A stretch of DNA of 64,000 nucleotides, taken from assembly GCA_965202665.1 (NCBI GenBank), contig OZ241841.1, forward strand, positions 2,368,001 through 2,432,000, in the 5' to 3' direction. The translations under genes were made by a program, and so were the position numbers. The stretch is from Candidatus Spongiisociaceae bacterium. GTDB lineage: Bacteria; Actinomycetota; Acidimicrobiia; Spongiisociales; Spongiisociaceae. Each line of letters starts with the position of its first letter. Within the stretch, counting starts at the first letter, position 1. Below are positions 58,201-60,400 of the stretch, piece after piece. Below the pieces are notes generated by a model. The model did no database searches. It had not been told where the DNA came from and was given only the letters and a program-made list of their open reading frames with translations.

Positions 58201-60400
58201 CCCGTTGCAGTACTGCCCGGACCGGCGGGTGACCCGGGCGCAGATGGCTTCTTTCTTCGTGCGGGCTTTGAGCATCGGGGTGGAGTTGTCGTTCACGGAC
58301 GGGTCCGGCGCCGATTTGACCGAGTTGGCGGAGGACAGCGGATCCACGCCGGTGACCGTCACCGCCTCTTTGCCCACCGGGGTGACCGCCCCCGCCGCCG
58401 GGCTGGTGGTGGGCGTGAACGTTTTAGCGGGCACCGCCCGTTTGGACACCGGCATCCATTTCACCGACGAGGATTTCCGGGTTTCTTTCCCGTCCGACGC
58501 CAGTCCCCCCGCCGGGCATTCGCTGGGGATCAGCATCCCCGCCGGGGAATCATCCGGTTCGGCGGTTTTGACGGTAGTGGTGAACGACGATGACGTGGCG
58601 GAACGCGCCGTCCCCGAAACCATCAGGTTGCGGGGCGCGCCGGTGACGGTGAACCGAAGGCCGTTGCCGGTGCTGGATTCTTTCCTGGGCATAACCGACG
58701 ACGATTCGGCGATTTCTTTGAGCATCAGTTCCCGGGCCCGGGAGCAGGACGGCCACGCCGGGGCGGCCCGCGTCTCCGCCCGGTTCGCTTCCGCGGCTTC
58801 TTCTGAAATCAGGGCGGGCATCCGGGTGGTGTTGTCGTTCGCCGCCGGGTCCGGGACCGAATCCTCCGATTTCACCGCACCCCGCCGTTTCCTGAACCTG
58901 ATCATCCCAGCCGGCGAAACCGCTTCTGCGGCTTTGGCTTTGAACGGGTTGGCGGTCAGAAACGACGCCATCGCCGAAGGGACGGAGGTGATCACGGTGA
59001 GCGGCAGGGCGGGCGACTACACGGTGATACCGGCCGGTTTGTCCGTCTCAGACGACGATTCGCAGGTGAGGTTGACTTTGGTTCCAGCGTCGCTGGCGGA
59101 AGGCGGGGACGGCTCGGCGGTGGCGGTGTCGGCCGCTTTCCCATCCGGGACGGCCTCTTCCGAAATCGGTTCCGACACCGTGATTGTCCTGTCGGCGGCG
59201 GACGGAACCGCTTCTTCCGATGATTACGCATACGCCCCGTCTTCTCCCAACACGGTGACCATCCCTGCCGGCGCCCTGGCTTCTTCCACCGCCGGCCGGT
59301 TGGCCGGGTTGACGGTCGCCGCCGACGGGACCGACGAGGGGAACGAGACGATCATGGTGGGCGGCTCTTCGCCTTTGGGGACGGTTTCCCCGGTTCCGCT
59401 GACCATCACCGACGGGGGAGGGGCCCCGGTTCCGGTCGGTTTGGAGTTGGAGGTTGCGCCCGCTTCGGTGACGGAAAGAGAAGACCCCTATGAGGTTTCG
59501 GTGACCGCCCGCCTGACCGGGGTGGACGTTTCCTCCCGCACCGCCCCGGTGACGGTGACGGTGACGGTGGCCGGCGGCTCCGGTGAGAACGGGGCCGTTC
59601 TGGGCGCGGCCGGGCCGCCCCCCACCGGCGATTTCGCCGTTAATCAGCCGGGCGGGACGTTCACGATCACCATCCCCGCCGGGTCGGTTGTTTCTTCGGG
59701 GACTTTCCAACTGTCGGTGTGGGAGGACGGGGCGGACGACGAGGGTTCGGAGCGGGCGGCGGTGTCCGCTGCGGCCTCCGTGGACGGGGAGAGCCTGTCG
59801 GCCACCGCAACGCTGACGTTGTGTTCGGGCCGGTTCTGCGATGAGGACGGCAGCGTCCACGAGGCCAGCATCGAGCGGCTGGTGGAATGGGAGATAACCC
59901 TGGGTTGCGATGCCGCCGACCCGACCGTGTTCTGCCCGTCGCAGACTATCGCCCGCCGCCAGATGGCCGCTTTCCTGCACCGGGCGGTAACGTTCCGCTG
60001 GGGCGCCCCGGAGGCGCCGACCGGGGTGGTGATAACCGACGTGCCCGCCGACGCCTGGTACCGGCCGTTCGCCGAATGGGTGGTGTCGGTGGGGGCTTTC
60101 GAAGCCCCGCAGGGCGTGTTCGACCCGTCCGGGGTGGTGACCAGGGCCGACATGGCGGTGATGATGATAGCCGCTTTCCCCCACCTGTCAGCGGTCGCAA
60201 CGCCCCAAAACCGCTTCGCCGACGTGAATAACCTAACCGAAGACCAAATAAGGGCGGTAGAGGGCCTGTACGAGGCGGAGGTAACGCTGGGCTGCACCAC
60301 CACCGAACCGCTCCGTTTCTGCCCCAACCAGGAGGTAACCCGAGCCCAAATGGCCTCCTTCTTCGTAAGAGCCCTAAACCAAGCCACCCCCACCCCCTAA
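22256..60400 (+). CDS. Giant (~12,700 aa) secreted surface protein: Calx-beta/Ig-like repeats, four LRR blocks, Pro-rich linker, two SLH-like anchors
   Basis: Uninterrupted 38-kb ORF (from 22217; likely start GTG 22256 after GAAAGG). Signal peptide RRTLALALACALVASLF..PALAQA; dozens of ~120-aa repeats with DF..ITIPAG..S.S..F.L...DD...EG.ETI.V.G; LRRs; SLH-like TRAQMASFFVRA. Confidence 0.92.
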   Translation: MTGYCKSGYAGFVGQPGVRRRQGRRTLALALACALVASLFPNLSLTPALAQAANSAVLTVSPATVDEDGGAQRIVVTATLAQADPANPITVDLAVEAEAGTGTVEGTHFTAVDDSDLRITIPATATTGTAWFDLIPVDDLTLQSANRSVTVTGSSTGLGGGSVTGTSVTIDDDEAAAVNLSLDRTSVDEDAGTVAVKVTAAFAFPDEQRRAAATDIAVTVGAESDTATGGTDYATPSPFTITIPANQTSATASFNLPVSDNLAANPDKTLTVTGVNRTPGWPVAPASLTILDNESAIRLSLDKTEVSEGDGAQTITVTAALSEGRTETTATEVTVDVVGESGGFAAVPRFTITIPDRTRSATGSFTFTPDVDTTAEGVSRVTVQGTSDRLDVYPAYLSIIDDDNLITLSVDTALVAEGTAAEVEVTAALPAATTPLPRDMRVRVGVLSGSSTAVAGEDYQAVPDFDVEIEGGSRSGSATFTLTTFADQADEVAENITLGVISVSRRDPDVDDPDIPGETMEAETFTALSIFRTESADLHITAPRLLTVAVSPSRVTEGSTTTLTASAALPEGMDPITENVAVTVSLAADGTEAGGSAEAADFTPVSAVINITASPGSPFTSASPAATQDFTLVAASDADRDDETIKVSASASGYGIASSFVTIADDGAPPPRPDPPAINLRADVLRVGEDSGTTAVTVTAEYADGASRAAPVIVETELANYAGYATAPDDYAAVAKFNITIPANATKASGSFNLTVVDDALAEGDERVRIIGRETAASPGPATGSIPPGTDSGLTGYAVNAADIVITDNDDTLFFSLTPLFLDEAAGAAQLAYEVGLASGVTPLTEDLEITISAASGTAVLGTDFTAAAQWVVSLPQNTRTVSGFLDVTLIEDDLAEGYEFFETSAAAPGLKTSAISVFINDDDQRINLSVDPYRISEDSGSGAASRITEVTVTAFLPGSTPGVVLPGEPVRATPLKIPVSVAADTAGSADFTAAPDSFTITIPAGASEGSASFNLTVADDRVAEGGENIIVRAGDPFQVHSPVYTSVRSITTSSLAPGHPTVTIVDDDAEDIVLSVSRSSAAENDGPIPLTVTATLRESVARLRTAAEVTLSTSGSSAAPNADFSLTDGTGGTGPFTITIPAGQRSASADLTLSLVNDRSREGSEAVVFSGSAPTFNVVPAAPLIIFDDDTAIALSVSPAALEEDSGATSLTVTAALPPGETAPAGGPITVALTAAGDSAPGRAEEGAGKDFTAVRPDPFQITIPAGINAASVIFTLTVLNDAVSEGAETVTISGAAPGRAVSPATVTILGNDGETAALGSGGCSDGTWVADPASALVGDCQQLVAMRNLWLANPDNAGLPADHPLRLWGSGLVDSWPGVTATGGRVTGLNLSNGNLAGKIPGQISSLTALTSLNLGGNNLSGSIPSLSALTALTSLNLGGNNLSGSIPALSALTALTSLNLGGNNLSGAIPAAVTSLSSLTSLDLGGNNLSGSIPALSALTALTSLNLGGNDLSGAFPPVTALTSLEGLDVSDNKLSGPLPSAWSSLTALARLDVSGNRLTGSIPAGLGGLSALTEFGFCGNGFTGALPAGLASGAVLPGYDPAAGVGGCRRGVALRVSPDGMAEGEDGEITVTAELVGFGGEGEPGLPGLDTPVSVSVGGGTAAASDFRGAGAGGAVDNFVITIPAGSTSGKASFRLEALDDTLFEGSEFINLSGSSAGLTVFGEELFILDGDSKIALTVDPGSVTEGAAAAEITVTATLTGFGGASQPTAPTAALSVPVSVVAGTAAVGDFTPVDDFAITIPAGSTSGTGTFRLETVDDVLREGEEIISVTGPATGATASGGRLGVSPAELRVVDNEQWVRIVLPSGSFVREGQTFQRFITGGLVGFGGPGQPAFPQTTQVQLSVADSADVHGWSDSIQYFGVSRRFAIGSEVQIRAKQDELFEGPEVVTVTGTARIPATGMSVVVEPVEVALVDRESRVELSVSPAQTVREGGGAVRVAVSATLVGFGGPGQPARPEGDMAVQVWVTNGSATVSQDFATVNPFTVTIPAGKMAGSATFDLLTIDDADTEGPETVLVGGLHGVAYGPWGVLDVLGTEVLIEDNERGQKEIILSVDQLRVAEGGSDQTVTVTATLPGMEASPVLLGLNLADGTAKAANKDYTALTGNVDLLIPAGQTRAIVDVTVAIPNDTAAEQDKTVLLRAFAPFGFEASPSEFAITIADDDASITPLDPARCDDGTFVEDTSNTALIADCKALVDIRNHFTAHPANQNLPTDDPATSDVDETHVLRAWGATGYAPWPSPVVSPTRLAGRALDSMFETRDIRIWPGVTLERVGGVLRVTGINLHNQGLKGLVPVDSIHERCEEPYFSLSSTPPCTNDRGESSNFHYTARRAFPILPSAEAEANRISGTVPAQIGDLAALTRLDLGGNRLTGPLPAPVLSAGLTSLVLSGNDLALADLDVTDLTGLSELRAGGNRLTSWPVGLNANLEILDLSDTGLTGALPSGPSGVTTLTGLTYLDLSGNGFTGALLSDWGGLEELAVLVLSDNQLTGPIPATWRTLTKLERLDLGGNRLTGAISSQFRSRWDDTPGATRRLGWGSLTDLDLSGNQFSGEIPAWVGGLADLERLNLSDNDFSWGLPRLEGSTGLVYVNLSNNRLQGSVPSAWAALTGLQQLRLGGNRLSGPFPAWVGRLPDLRHLHLNDNRLTGLLPASLGDLDLIHLDLSGNRLRGPVPASWAALTGLTMLNLGGNRLTGPIPAALGGFTGLTLLDLGGNQFAGSIPAALTSLTRLRVLDLGGNRLTGPIPARIGDLSRLEKLSLGDNGLTGGLPASFSSLTELTHFDAGGNPVLWPTGGIPAGVLGVTTWPSAVDKLTFLDLSETGMASVFPAGLETLDGLTYLDLSGNRLTGPLPVAVSSLTKLRTLLASDNRFTGSVPSAWGSLSPAAGGSLSRLGFCGNGITGPLPLLLRSGVELVGFPSGARETGACAGALAVLTVSPALTGEEDGPVEVAVTAVRPEYGGPGGNLSERDTRIFLTLLGDTAVLGATGDFTFRDPNGTVFQPPQPTGRVRLTSDAARPLPEGTAADIAVTASFASGAVSSRPTRVSLRVGAEGDVATPGDTIGEGDFSYRWTGTTAPEVVIPAGQNSAAVTLRVSPFSDGKLEGTESFTIAGSTADCSLGLGRGDCSVGSTQAAIADPGSPIVAEVVIPAGKRSGTATLEVTPVDDAASEPVVEKLRVVGEAGSLPVVGTEFRIVDDESAPTEVEWTLNPTSVEESAGEIGVEVTASLADGGVRSDDTAVSFSVGKSTDSAVAGTDYQVVADFTAVIPAGTNRASAAFSLSGTADLLDEPAESLTVSVSVPAGLTADADQRTLALTDADDTPQRLVLTVDADPDTTGTQSTLAENAGTRRVTVTAAFPAGAQVSSQTRTVATATIGGQAGLRSTATRGEDFTAASQVRIVIPPGSRRGSASFDLEVIDDSVTSEGNETISVVGTITEGPAFPFDNTSLTITDNDSGIVLSITPDQGSEGSSAVSATVTAAFEAGTTPPAVPTQVTVTVGSPGDSAVRRPADDPATTDVDESQAGDFSAPATLTIVIPANTRSATAPLAFQLRDDLDVEQAETISLTGTAAGHAVSPTVFTIEASDPYPTSVILRLNVDTTHEPVAGVRTFTTSLIAAFPDGSPPLTRDLLVNASVVTVTEDTASYRSDFQPRDNLALTIPAGSTSASADFSLVILGDEETEGAETLTISGRAAGLAVVPARLTITDPLTIPDSAVLRVSPDEVSENAADHTQVITVSAELSAGVMAPAGGVTIVVTVAGGTEAGQAEEGAAKDFTATAPANISISAGQSTGSTTFRLTVKPDDIAEGDETISVSGVLSGLAATGVSDTTVIIPGNDGTIPDLNRAHCGNGTYVGNPGGNSGLVSDCQTLVDIRNHWMDNPDNADLPADHPLRTWGGRIETWAGLSFERLRIGHNHRRRVTKLELGGSVGSRIRGTLPSEVHSLEGLTHLVLKDNQLIGHIPSQLGSMNFLEVLDLRNNQLSGAIPASITSLPGGSYRFDLQELRLQNNRLSGSVPAWSSTADNYSLRHVDLSGNELTGSMAGFEHLTGLSYLDLSQNRLSGAIPADFVTRGSGALNTLRLNDNNLSGSIPNLSRLPDLKTVDLSGNRLSGSLTGLRHDHLTDLNVSDNQFSGSLPNLPSLPFLERLDLSGNRFTGLLSAWSVTQAPRLNTLDLSDNQLSGTIPSWIGRAGNLVSVDLGNNNLSGPIPPWLTSRTRISRLVLSGNQLTGLIPDSVGNMTSLTELDLHDNRFRGPVPSSLGRLRNLVGLYLDDNQLTGPIPDEIGALAFSPGSTGRLRRFSFCGNNLTGFLPGGLRNPWVHLEDSPSDSGFAYGPFANWFAPVSDCRRAVELSVDRSVSEWAARSVEVTATLAGFGGSIGRPMPDEDTEVTVSVEDGTAFAPGDYAVVNPFKITIPVGETSANGSFTLTPVNDSSDFEGDETVRVDGAGETISVTGTDLAIIDARRAIDGIIVTASPSVIPEGETTRVTITASIPDHAAPETNTQIRFRYLRTVDGTATKGTDFTDNISGEFRISPNQRSGSRDFNISATENTTAEADKTFYVYVTPYLNRDVVRFRNRIMYATVTIANNDILPALDSAICNNSAVVPAGNSALARQCRALVAIRNHWTNRLDNAGLPATHPLLDWNGSSSIETWPGVTVSIPSGGSSKRVTGLDLSADSDPNTADRISGAIPSFGWLSDLTSLDLSGNLLTGSIPAVSLPSTLTSLDLSGNQLSGSIPDRLRRLTALTSLDLSDNQLTGSIPTGIGALTALTSLDLSDNQLTGGIPTGLGALTALTSLDMSDNRLSGGIPRALGALTALIYFDLSDNLLTGDIPQELGRLNKLTTFSFCNNALTGPLPQSLRTGVTIPDFTNTYTRVQSCASVIYITASPDTATEGDSRLLRVTAELPPGRTAPAGGLAVNVSTISGTAASEIDFTPVSTVITIPEGETEKTDRLLLSVTDDSVNEPAENLFVVGSSPGYRNGVDTVTIAASDRTPATNVEWSLSRTTVTEGTSDITYEMTLVVSIPDDQSSFTTAQRIYPLFGASGSGSTAASPADYAAVTDFTGDHIILPAGQRQVTRTFSLTVKSDTLVEGDETIKVTAEAGTGRLVPTPLTITVADQDAVATVQVDTDGGTTGDQTTAAERSSPHSVSVTISLPSGATNSLGRDLVIPLTVMPGTASSSDFTAASPGSATITRGTTTSSPVTFNLTVAQDAANLRELSETISVSGSATGFTFNPAEITIPPDNKLAIIPLSVEAENANNGNPRIRYGPARTATGSSATDDHRGAYFGIRINWPAGGSHRGGSQTTHQHIPYGQSRASATNVITLSGYDDQVVNTTPPRYVTIDHTVHMRGWLFAATRALIVDDEWDRRPTGIDLTADMSTVNERAGATPVTITASFTNAAGNPAPLDTYVDIPLSAQSGSAIAGSDFRLTDAAGGPVPFDFTLRIPARQTSGSATIYLAPVADDTREMEEGLWVGARSVPSPNGFTFGNGVDPVRIAILDQTGIVLRALPDSLTEGPASSAISIIASLPDGFPTLDENLVIRNVRLRPGTASAADFTASPTGGTTLTIPAGSTTTSLLSYRVMVTDDDLVEGPETILLQGDIGPEYTAQGVLTINDETGEAPVTGVKLEFAPNPIGEGAAAQQVQVVARLGTWIPAPTSHTYTDAQGDEASATCQQDEFGVTRCEYPTPSGSGTTLVIYRPRFTPVATAAPTSHTYTNRAGNRVTISCPHDEFGVARCSHPDPTDPDQERMVSVVYRPQFRSVALPPTSHTYTNRAGNRVTIPCPHDESGVARCSYSYVDSSDPDMPQTVVVQVVYRPDPVSAARAVDTVVTASLESVAARTGVVPAALGTDFTAAPPIRVVIPAGETERRVSFHLDVKDDGVAEPEETFKLTGRADGMTIFAEPVAITGDLRKPPISLRVVPGSVSEETGTALIRVTASVDDIVRDVSSCVRRVTNDRGTPGDPSDDIQECVEFDTRQVSSPGLLSSVDLPIRVSVGEAGDTATEGTDYTAVPDFTLVLPAGRRSASAVFKIAVASDRLDEPAETITIAGSDPSVGSSPSHIPLSVSSGLLTITDSDASPVVELELDEATVAEGSGTTEVAFTVSLVDGLRSAAPLTVALGVAGADEGACETDDDAGRVNCPSQPGKARAGADFTAVPNFNVTIPAGQSAARGKFNFTVTDDRLVEGEERLTVTARLGDASATGRLSIADDDAAPSDLRLSLVPAFTTRDGPEVPMREGGLARSYLISAAVPPGQGLLSSPSTVTLSVGGGTASSNDYSVSMLPDNTVLVPAGPVTNLGPGAQPADLQVLLVVTPLSDRAVEGLESLVVSGTATGGLNVAPVTLAINDAAGSTPDRISLTLDRSEVEEGAGTVRLGVTARMFCQSGACSVLAEDRTVNLELSESLSTAAADDDFVLGSGSVTIPAGSYSGSAQLELRVLDDRLVEGNESVAVGGSAFGFQVNAATVLITDDEPAAGELDLRFNRGTVGEGDGRAPLVLTAGWPAGLSVTSDTEVSVVLGAGSAAAGIDYELLDRERFVLTIPAGRSSVSAAAGMLRLVDDRVAEGLETFEAFGFARSVDAAVPVRYKVNSAVLRIADDDPAAVKLTVDENYVLEGRRGDMTPSPAEEAVPITVTASLTGDVAGGTVVRDRDTLVRVAVGDGADRAVSGADYVVSDGLRNGVLPIVIPAGENSASAAFRMRVIDDNVAGETDWSAVSRPGGLTTVDVSRTESVSITGAVAKGRGTDFSIAVTGTEVEIWDLNDRSPTAVDLAVSPVRVTEGDARHTARLTITASLRAPPIAQPSLVCLQRSSQGACLRSYAPVVPKQPPSMVLAEDLTVPISLSADTDSEGNPSLGWATSGTDYGTPVQVSPRPATGQSGVTVVIPAGKLSGSTVVDLPIIGDILTESNVLFGPSGKELLRVGANLEGRTAEGDDSETNQELILHPHLEGWTVEGAIFEITDDDPASLQLELDKTRLEENAGSQSVRVTARVVAPDGSAGAFPEDIPLVLQWANFHQNEGDESRLSATGLAKEDHDFRLQGTAQLEDDEPVTISGPNLRATVNRSQVTEGSEVDVLLNLRFQSILGDGGANVTVSVGVAGDSAVAGTDYELVSAHFQSPLTITNGRFSVHARKGTIGANITLRFRVTDDAMHEGAEVITIGTDRGASTQLVIPANDIPPPADRKLVTIPAGSSSASAVFDLEVVDDILDEGAGEDIVFRAVGAALLGSDLSARLRIVDNDSAAETIILTATPGGSGSGPGVVSESAGADLELNMAVGFPQGSAERLEDTVVTLSVENGSADSSDYSLTFSDPDGAGPLTAGQVVIPAGETAAQVRLGPAVADDPGTADVNEAQPASADFDVTDDTAAEGDETFFIKGAAEGFAVRSETVTIRDSEPAAILLTIGSTQFAQELELAEDIHASTTGTLTLKIKAAFPESVADGDLPGTATVITLGGADGKLRERNGAVSRPATAGDYAVQSAVLDTRNTPLTLTIPANTRSAEGTIRVGLTDDQIVEGMENLQIVGSASGQVVSPAVIHIADDDTVPPAFDLSVSPLFAAEGAAAPVPVTVTARARGAARLGLDTVIQLALSPTEVGGPDFQPVAANDLRLTVPANAASGSVTFNLTMVDDNVAEGVTAVLDAAQLSGSATSPFSGEELTVAAVGQQSRVVMLDNDVAPRSIALSIPTGGVREGSETNSATVRASFPDGSPVRPVDTKVLVRIGGAVNNADEEAGAGDYAAPSNLLVTIPAGQTSGQASFDIRLVDDRLSEEPENVTLTGRAIAPYHKPYPALPQTDFTVSHAVLTITDNDVPPSFVTLQVAPVPPAGAAGASGTAAARLFTGMVREGDEVTEYTVTASFGPGAARSKNTVLTLGLGGRAASTVGLTLPNGQPIIGPDGLPATITIPGDTAVKGADFQIVDEDGDPVTDDLTLTIPAGQTRGSASFRLKVVDDSVAGENPETLTVFSTAAPPANSNPRFAVMPATVTILDNDQVSEIVLTLLDSSDQPLESVNENAGRVTVKVKASYPGTAVLGANTALNVSVNDGSAEGKGVDYTPDPADTDVTIPAGDNSVTATFDIDINDDPLREADETIRFEATVTGLQTAEFTIRPVELTIVDTLPVTITADVDSIATGVQTAVGEDSGITDVAVAVSLEAGEVAPPGGLAFTLAWAETADSDKADLGTGTGDDFTLVDGSGDPLDDATATIPEGQSSVSLTMRLKVADDRNVEPNETLTITASLADLALELTPPTLTINDNDADLTVDKATVTEGEAETITVTASVGAPAPAGGRTVAVAVADSADDPAYTAASGDYTANPSSLNVTIPAGQTSAAASFDLTAFTENTRAEDHKTLAVTGSLTDFQVDAADLTLLDNDRGITVTITDSADQPLTLTENGTPVTAKVTVALNAASNALSGNVPVAVEVGATGPGTAGRGASATDFTAASNTLNIPIAAGSTSASATVDITVAADQIAEWDEPIWFAGAAAGFTFTDGHLRIEDDDSEIAVTLNKSSAREGAAGDVTQGGVSYVRFTATASYTGAASSEMGAVQIQLNPRGSGSKPADAADYAYPTPNSIQISAGSLQTASSQNLDLRIVDDARVDDGSGADNAETLEFYGTGSYTAHGISQTVTAKSGSVSILDNDHQITLALTESGSPYTGGTEGDDLGTVSAKASFRSGVTSDRTSPTVITLHIDDVNNAGDSSDDAITAEAGDVTDPAAPITITIPAAGTESNTTALTGFSFTDDSVAELRERVLAGGTADDSLPVSDVALDIVDDDSRITLDFGTTMAEESDANAGDAMVTAKFASTAQSVEFNAATTITLAFSTEGAANAEAADFTAPAAGSEITVTIPAGSTSSSAVALTSVVLDDDPRAEGNETIAVDGTAAVAGDSVGLPVDRSYLTILDDDLQLVITHGTFQNYEDSNDVVPVKVSFDSATTYSDLTEDFTVRVSTSESDPVSARGGGADFHNRSRTLTIPAGQLNSGSFKFLYGVVIVDDTIAEPQENFLLTGTTSLPSEWGVTVTPATLYIRQSDTDIALSFGNTRAEENSDENAEDAKITASFSSATSSEISTATTVTLSFGNGTATLGSCTGTGQARTCTGDFLNPSSAITVVIPANTLTSAAKSLSGLPLVNDNVAEKNETIKVTGSSPSFGVDRTDLVVADLDSVVSFKFKSTSSNTISLNEGTAGSDVEVKAEFFYPGVTNGIGSNLDIEVVFRPGYDGDSIDDYTYSPSTPNTLTIPSTGLSSSFVALNGLTIVDDAVTEDSELFWIDGTTTTSIANIINGEITINDTDTGIELSVSPEVVVEGTTQTVTVTTGFAGVTSSTRNGNTDVTVSITGDGSTGKAKLGSAGPPIDGDFDTNKTNDQFTITIPARSVSHTGTFELTAFKEDPDLVEAAEEVTVSGAATVGTSVTASDTLQIYDKGITLTWEDSEGNPLTSVEEASGSTQVTVKATLPDGIRSTSNLVVGVNVAAGTAGLDAGTTWDVGEDFRVTYPELRSGTPAGYALGIPIAAGAGSGTATFTLLINDDEVAEGTTGETILLEAGNVTVSGSNLPATAESSLSVTDDDSDIELTFGDTKAMEDADLNAGDAEITARFNSADTSEINAITTVTLAFADGTATSGSGNDYTAPSTAITVQIPANTVSSAATSLSGLALINDTVAEPEETIVVSGTAGSHTVTGADLAVVDDDSVVTLTLTPAKLTEGGAGSDVMVAAAFPSTTTSNSIGADTVITLSVAADGSATAQAADFAYSPAQSSPDTVTIPSTATSSSTSGTLTGLTIANDAITEDLETLLVSGTPDQEVIVNTSTLTINDADNDSGISISVIPQTVAERSAAHTITVTVGFAGEVTSSTRASDTTVRVEVNGDGAAGKATFGSVTTGDFYATDNQVPVNNITYIDIIIPAGTTSATGTFQLTARDDMDDDEGAEAVTLVGSATVDGEAVSDSTDVTIVDRVITLSLADGDGNALTSLGEASGTTQITVTATLPSGLVADAGGEVVGVNVVTGNDAGTATMGAAGPTWGAGEDYRINFPAIVPAGTPAGYALGIPILAGQDSGTATFSLEINDDTIAEGLTAETILLQGSDTTVGVYTLKVSEISLGVDDDDSQIALSFGDTKASEEDGNAGDAQITASFTGATSSVIGVTTVTLSFAAGTATAGGTDFTAPTPAITVEIPANTVSSTALSLSGLSLTDDARAEGEETITVSGSSGSYTISSATLYIVDDNSVVQLTNVDGDSVPEDSDGSGVSVSAAFPAGTTASDISSDTVITLSVSDGTAMASDNDYSYGAADTVTIPANALSSSTSATLRGLSVEPDTVTEGPETVLVGGSSSLGDAAEFSLTLDDGDTGIAISVSPSTVVEGADAHDITVTAEFADVASSTRGAATTVTVDITNDGTATLGSPPPGTSNDFYTDKTGNQFTITIPARMTSHTGAFKLTAPDDADNGEGEETATVKGSATVDGNDVSDTADITILNKQVSLSLTDSEGNALTSVAEGSGSTQVTVTAALPGSVVADSGGEVVGVNVVADTAGLDDGTTWDAGEDFRVTYPAKPPGTPVGYALGVPIAAGQQTGTATFTLVVNDDAVAEGLEAENIRVRGGDVTVSSSTLSVRGAGLGIEDNNSAIELSFGDTKASESDGHAGDAMLTAAYAGATSSVISDPVTVTISFSNGTAISGPSSDYTPPVSAMTVQIPANTASSAARALSGVALRNDKRAEVEETIAVSGTATGDYMVTGTDLAVVDDDSVITLTVSKTTFEEGETVSGVTVSAKFPDGITGNDILGDTGIPVDTIITLSVSGGGTATADGNDFTYNPASPITLTIPEQSISPSVSQTVTGLVFSDDDVTEDPETLLVGGDPNVAVVVNPVVLTLNDADNDLDISVSPATVAERSDPYDVTVTAGFAGATSSTRTSPTSVAVQIGSGDTDGATRGAPSPPSGDFWTDKSGDTFTINIPAGDHTATGTFELTARSDGDNTEGTETVKVSGSATVDGEATSDAEDISLLQQGIELSVVDADTTLAGIQTTLTEGAGDSAGDTNVSIKAALKSGIPAGTGAVTVSVTVTTHYTDSGQPVTHTGTITIPDGDTEKTADIPVNVKDDEVVGEGDGTWMIDATADEGYRVEGTTVDVVDDDAVAHVELMVSPSAVDEGTSNQSVSVTAQFPAGSSTLTSATTVTVDVGGTGTTAGSGTDFDNLNPASLTLTIPAGSRQSETKAFSVDILDDDVTEGPEQIALGGSATGGVAVNDSNLTINDLDDDIEISVSPTTVAERTDPYDVTVTAEFAGVDSSSRTSATRVTVDITDDGTATRGSSTPTPSGDFGTDQTNNRFTIDIPAGDYNETGTFRLTAHSDGDDNEGTETVEVSGSATVDGESTSDDAEISLLEDGIELSVVDADTTVTDTQTTISEGTGRAGVSIRAALQSGVPAGTGAVTVDVTVTTHYTDGGQPVAEAGTITIPDGMTSGTADIMVDVQDDNVAGQGGGTWNITATADEGYTVAGTTVDVTDDDTAPTQIELSINPSAVNEDASNQNITVTASFPSGSATLTSNTTVAITVGGGTGTGVATPTTDYTANPSSFSVTIDAGDTSATGSFTVTTVNDQITDGAEQVAVTGDSSGFTVSSAILTINDTSTAPTQPPPTQPPPTPPTQPPPTPPTQPPPTPPTQPPPTPPTQPPPTQPPPTQPPPTQPPPTQPPPDDGGTPPPDGGDGGGTTPPPDDGEDGGEGGGDDEEGQDSEGGEIVDDGEQDGEAGSGGSGGSGGGGSAGSRCDGRFCDDDDNVHQANIEKMAEWEITLGCDADNPTLFCPSQTIQRRQMAAFLHRAYTFRFGEPQAPEGVVLTDVSPTIWYRPFAEWVVSVGAFEAPQGLFRPRGVVTRADMAVMMVAAFPHLLAAEEPQNLFEDVSDLPEDTVRAIEGLYAAEITLGCTTSAPLQYCPDRRVTRAQMASFFVRALSIGVELSFTDGSGADLTELAEDSGSTPVTVTASLPTGVTAPAAGLVVGVNVLAGTARLDTGIHFTDEDFRVSFPSDASPPAGHSLGISIPAGESSGSAVLTVVVNDDDVAERAVPETIRLRGAPVTVNRRPLPVLDSFLGITDDDSAISLSISSRAREQDGHAGAARVSARFASAASSEIRAGIRVVLSFAAGSGTESSDFTAPRRFLNLIIPAGETASAALALNGLAVRNDAIAEGTEVITVSGRAGDYTVIPAGLSVSDDDSQVRLTLVPASLAEGGDGSAVAVSAAFPSGTASSEIGSDTVIVLSAADGTASSDDYAYAPSSPNTVTIPAGALASSTAGRLAGLTVAADGTDEGNETIMVGGSSPLGTVSPVPLTITDGGGAPVPVGLELEVAPASVTEREDPYEVSVTARLTGVDVSSRTAPVTVTVTVAGGSGENGAVLGAAGPPPTGDFAVNQPGGTFTITIPAGSVVSSGTFQLSVWEDGADDEGSERAAVSAAASVDGESLSATATLTLCSGRFCDEDGSVHEASIERLVEWEITLGCDAADPTVFCPSQTIARRQMAAFLHRAVTFRWGAPEAPTGVVITDVPADAWYRPFAEWVVSVGAFEAPQGVFDPSGVVTRADMAVMMIAAFPHLSAVATPQNRFADVNNLTEDQIRAVEGLYEAEVTLGCTTTEPLRFCPNQEVTRAQMASFFVRALNQATPTP
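26222..27095 (+). repeat. LRR block 1 with Cys N-cap and C-cap
   Basis: C...DC..LV.MRNLW..HPL..W..WPGV cap, then LTSLNLGGNNLSGSIP repeats (near-identical 69-bp DNA units), ending FGFCGN...C. Boundaries approximate. Confidence 0.9.
28952..31228 (+). repeat. LRR block 2 (longest)
   Basis: Same cap with large insertions; >20 LDLxxNxLTGxIP repeats; ends LGFCGN...C. Boundaries approximate. Confidence 0.9.
33962..35480 (+). repeat. LRR block 3
   Basis: HCGNG..DCQTLVDIRNHW cap; LDLxxNxLSGxIP repeats; ends FSFCGN...C. Boundaries approximate. Confidence 0.9.
36221..37085 (+). repeat. LRR block 4
   Basis: ICNN..QCRALVAIRNHW cap; LTSLDLSDNQLTGxIP repeats (72-bp near-identical units); ends FSFCNN...C. 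Boundaries approximate. Confidence 0.9.
39419..39905 (+). repeat. Three tandem ~55-aa two-Cys repeats within the giant gene
   Basis: PTSHTYT..G....C..DE.GV.RC...V.YRP starting at ~39419, 39581 and 39749. Confidence 0.85.
57314..57501 (+). repeat. Coding minisatellite encoding a PTQPP / PTPPTQPP linker
   Basis: Tandem 15-bp CCTACGCAACCTCCG and 24-bp variants; followed by a Gly/Asp/Glu-rich linker. Confidence 0.95.
57712..58272 (+). other. SLH-like cell-surface anchor module 1 (internal)
   Basis: FCDDD..HQANIE....ITLGC...FCP...RRQMAAFL; VTRADMA; ITLGC..YCP..VTRAQMASFF: three SLH-like units. Confidence 0.8.
59822..60380 (+). other. SLH-like cell-surface anchor module 2 (C-terminal)
   Basis: Close paralog of 57712-58272 at both DNA and protein level. 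Confidence 0.8.

Noticed and set aside
22250-60393. Numerous antisense and alternate-frame ORFs inside the giant gene
   Set aside because: Expected shadows of biased codon usage in a 38-kb ORF; no independent motifs.
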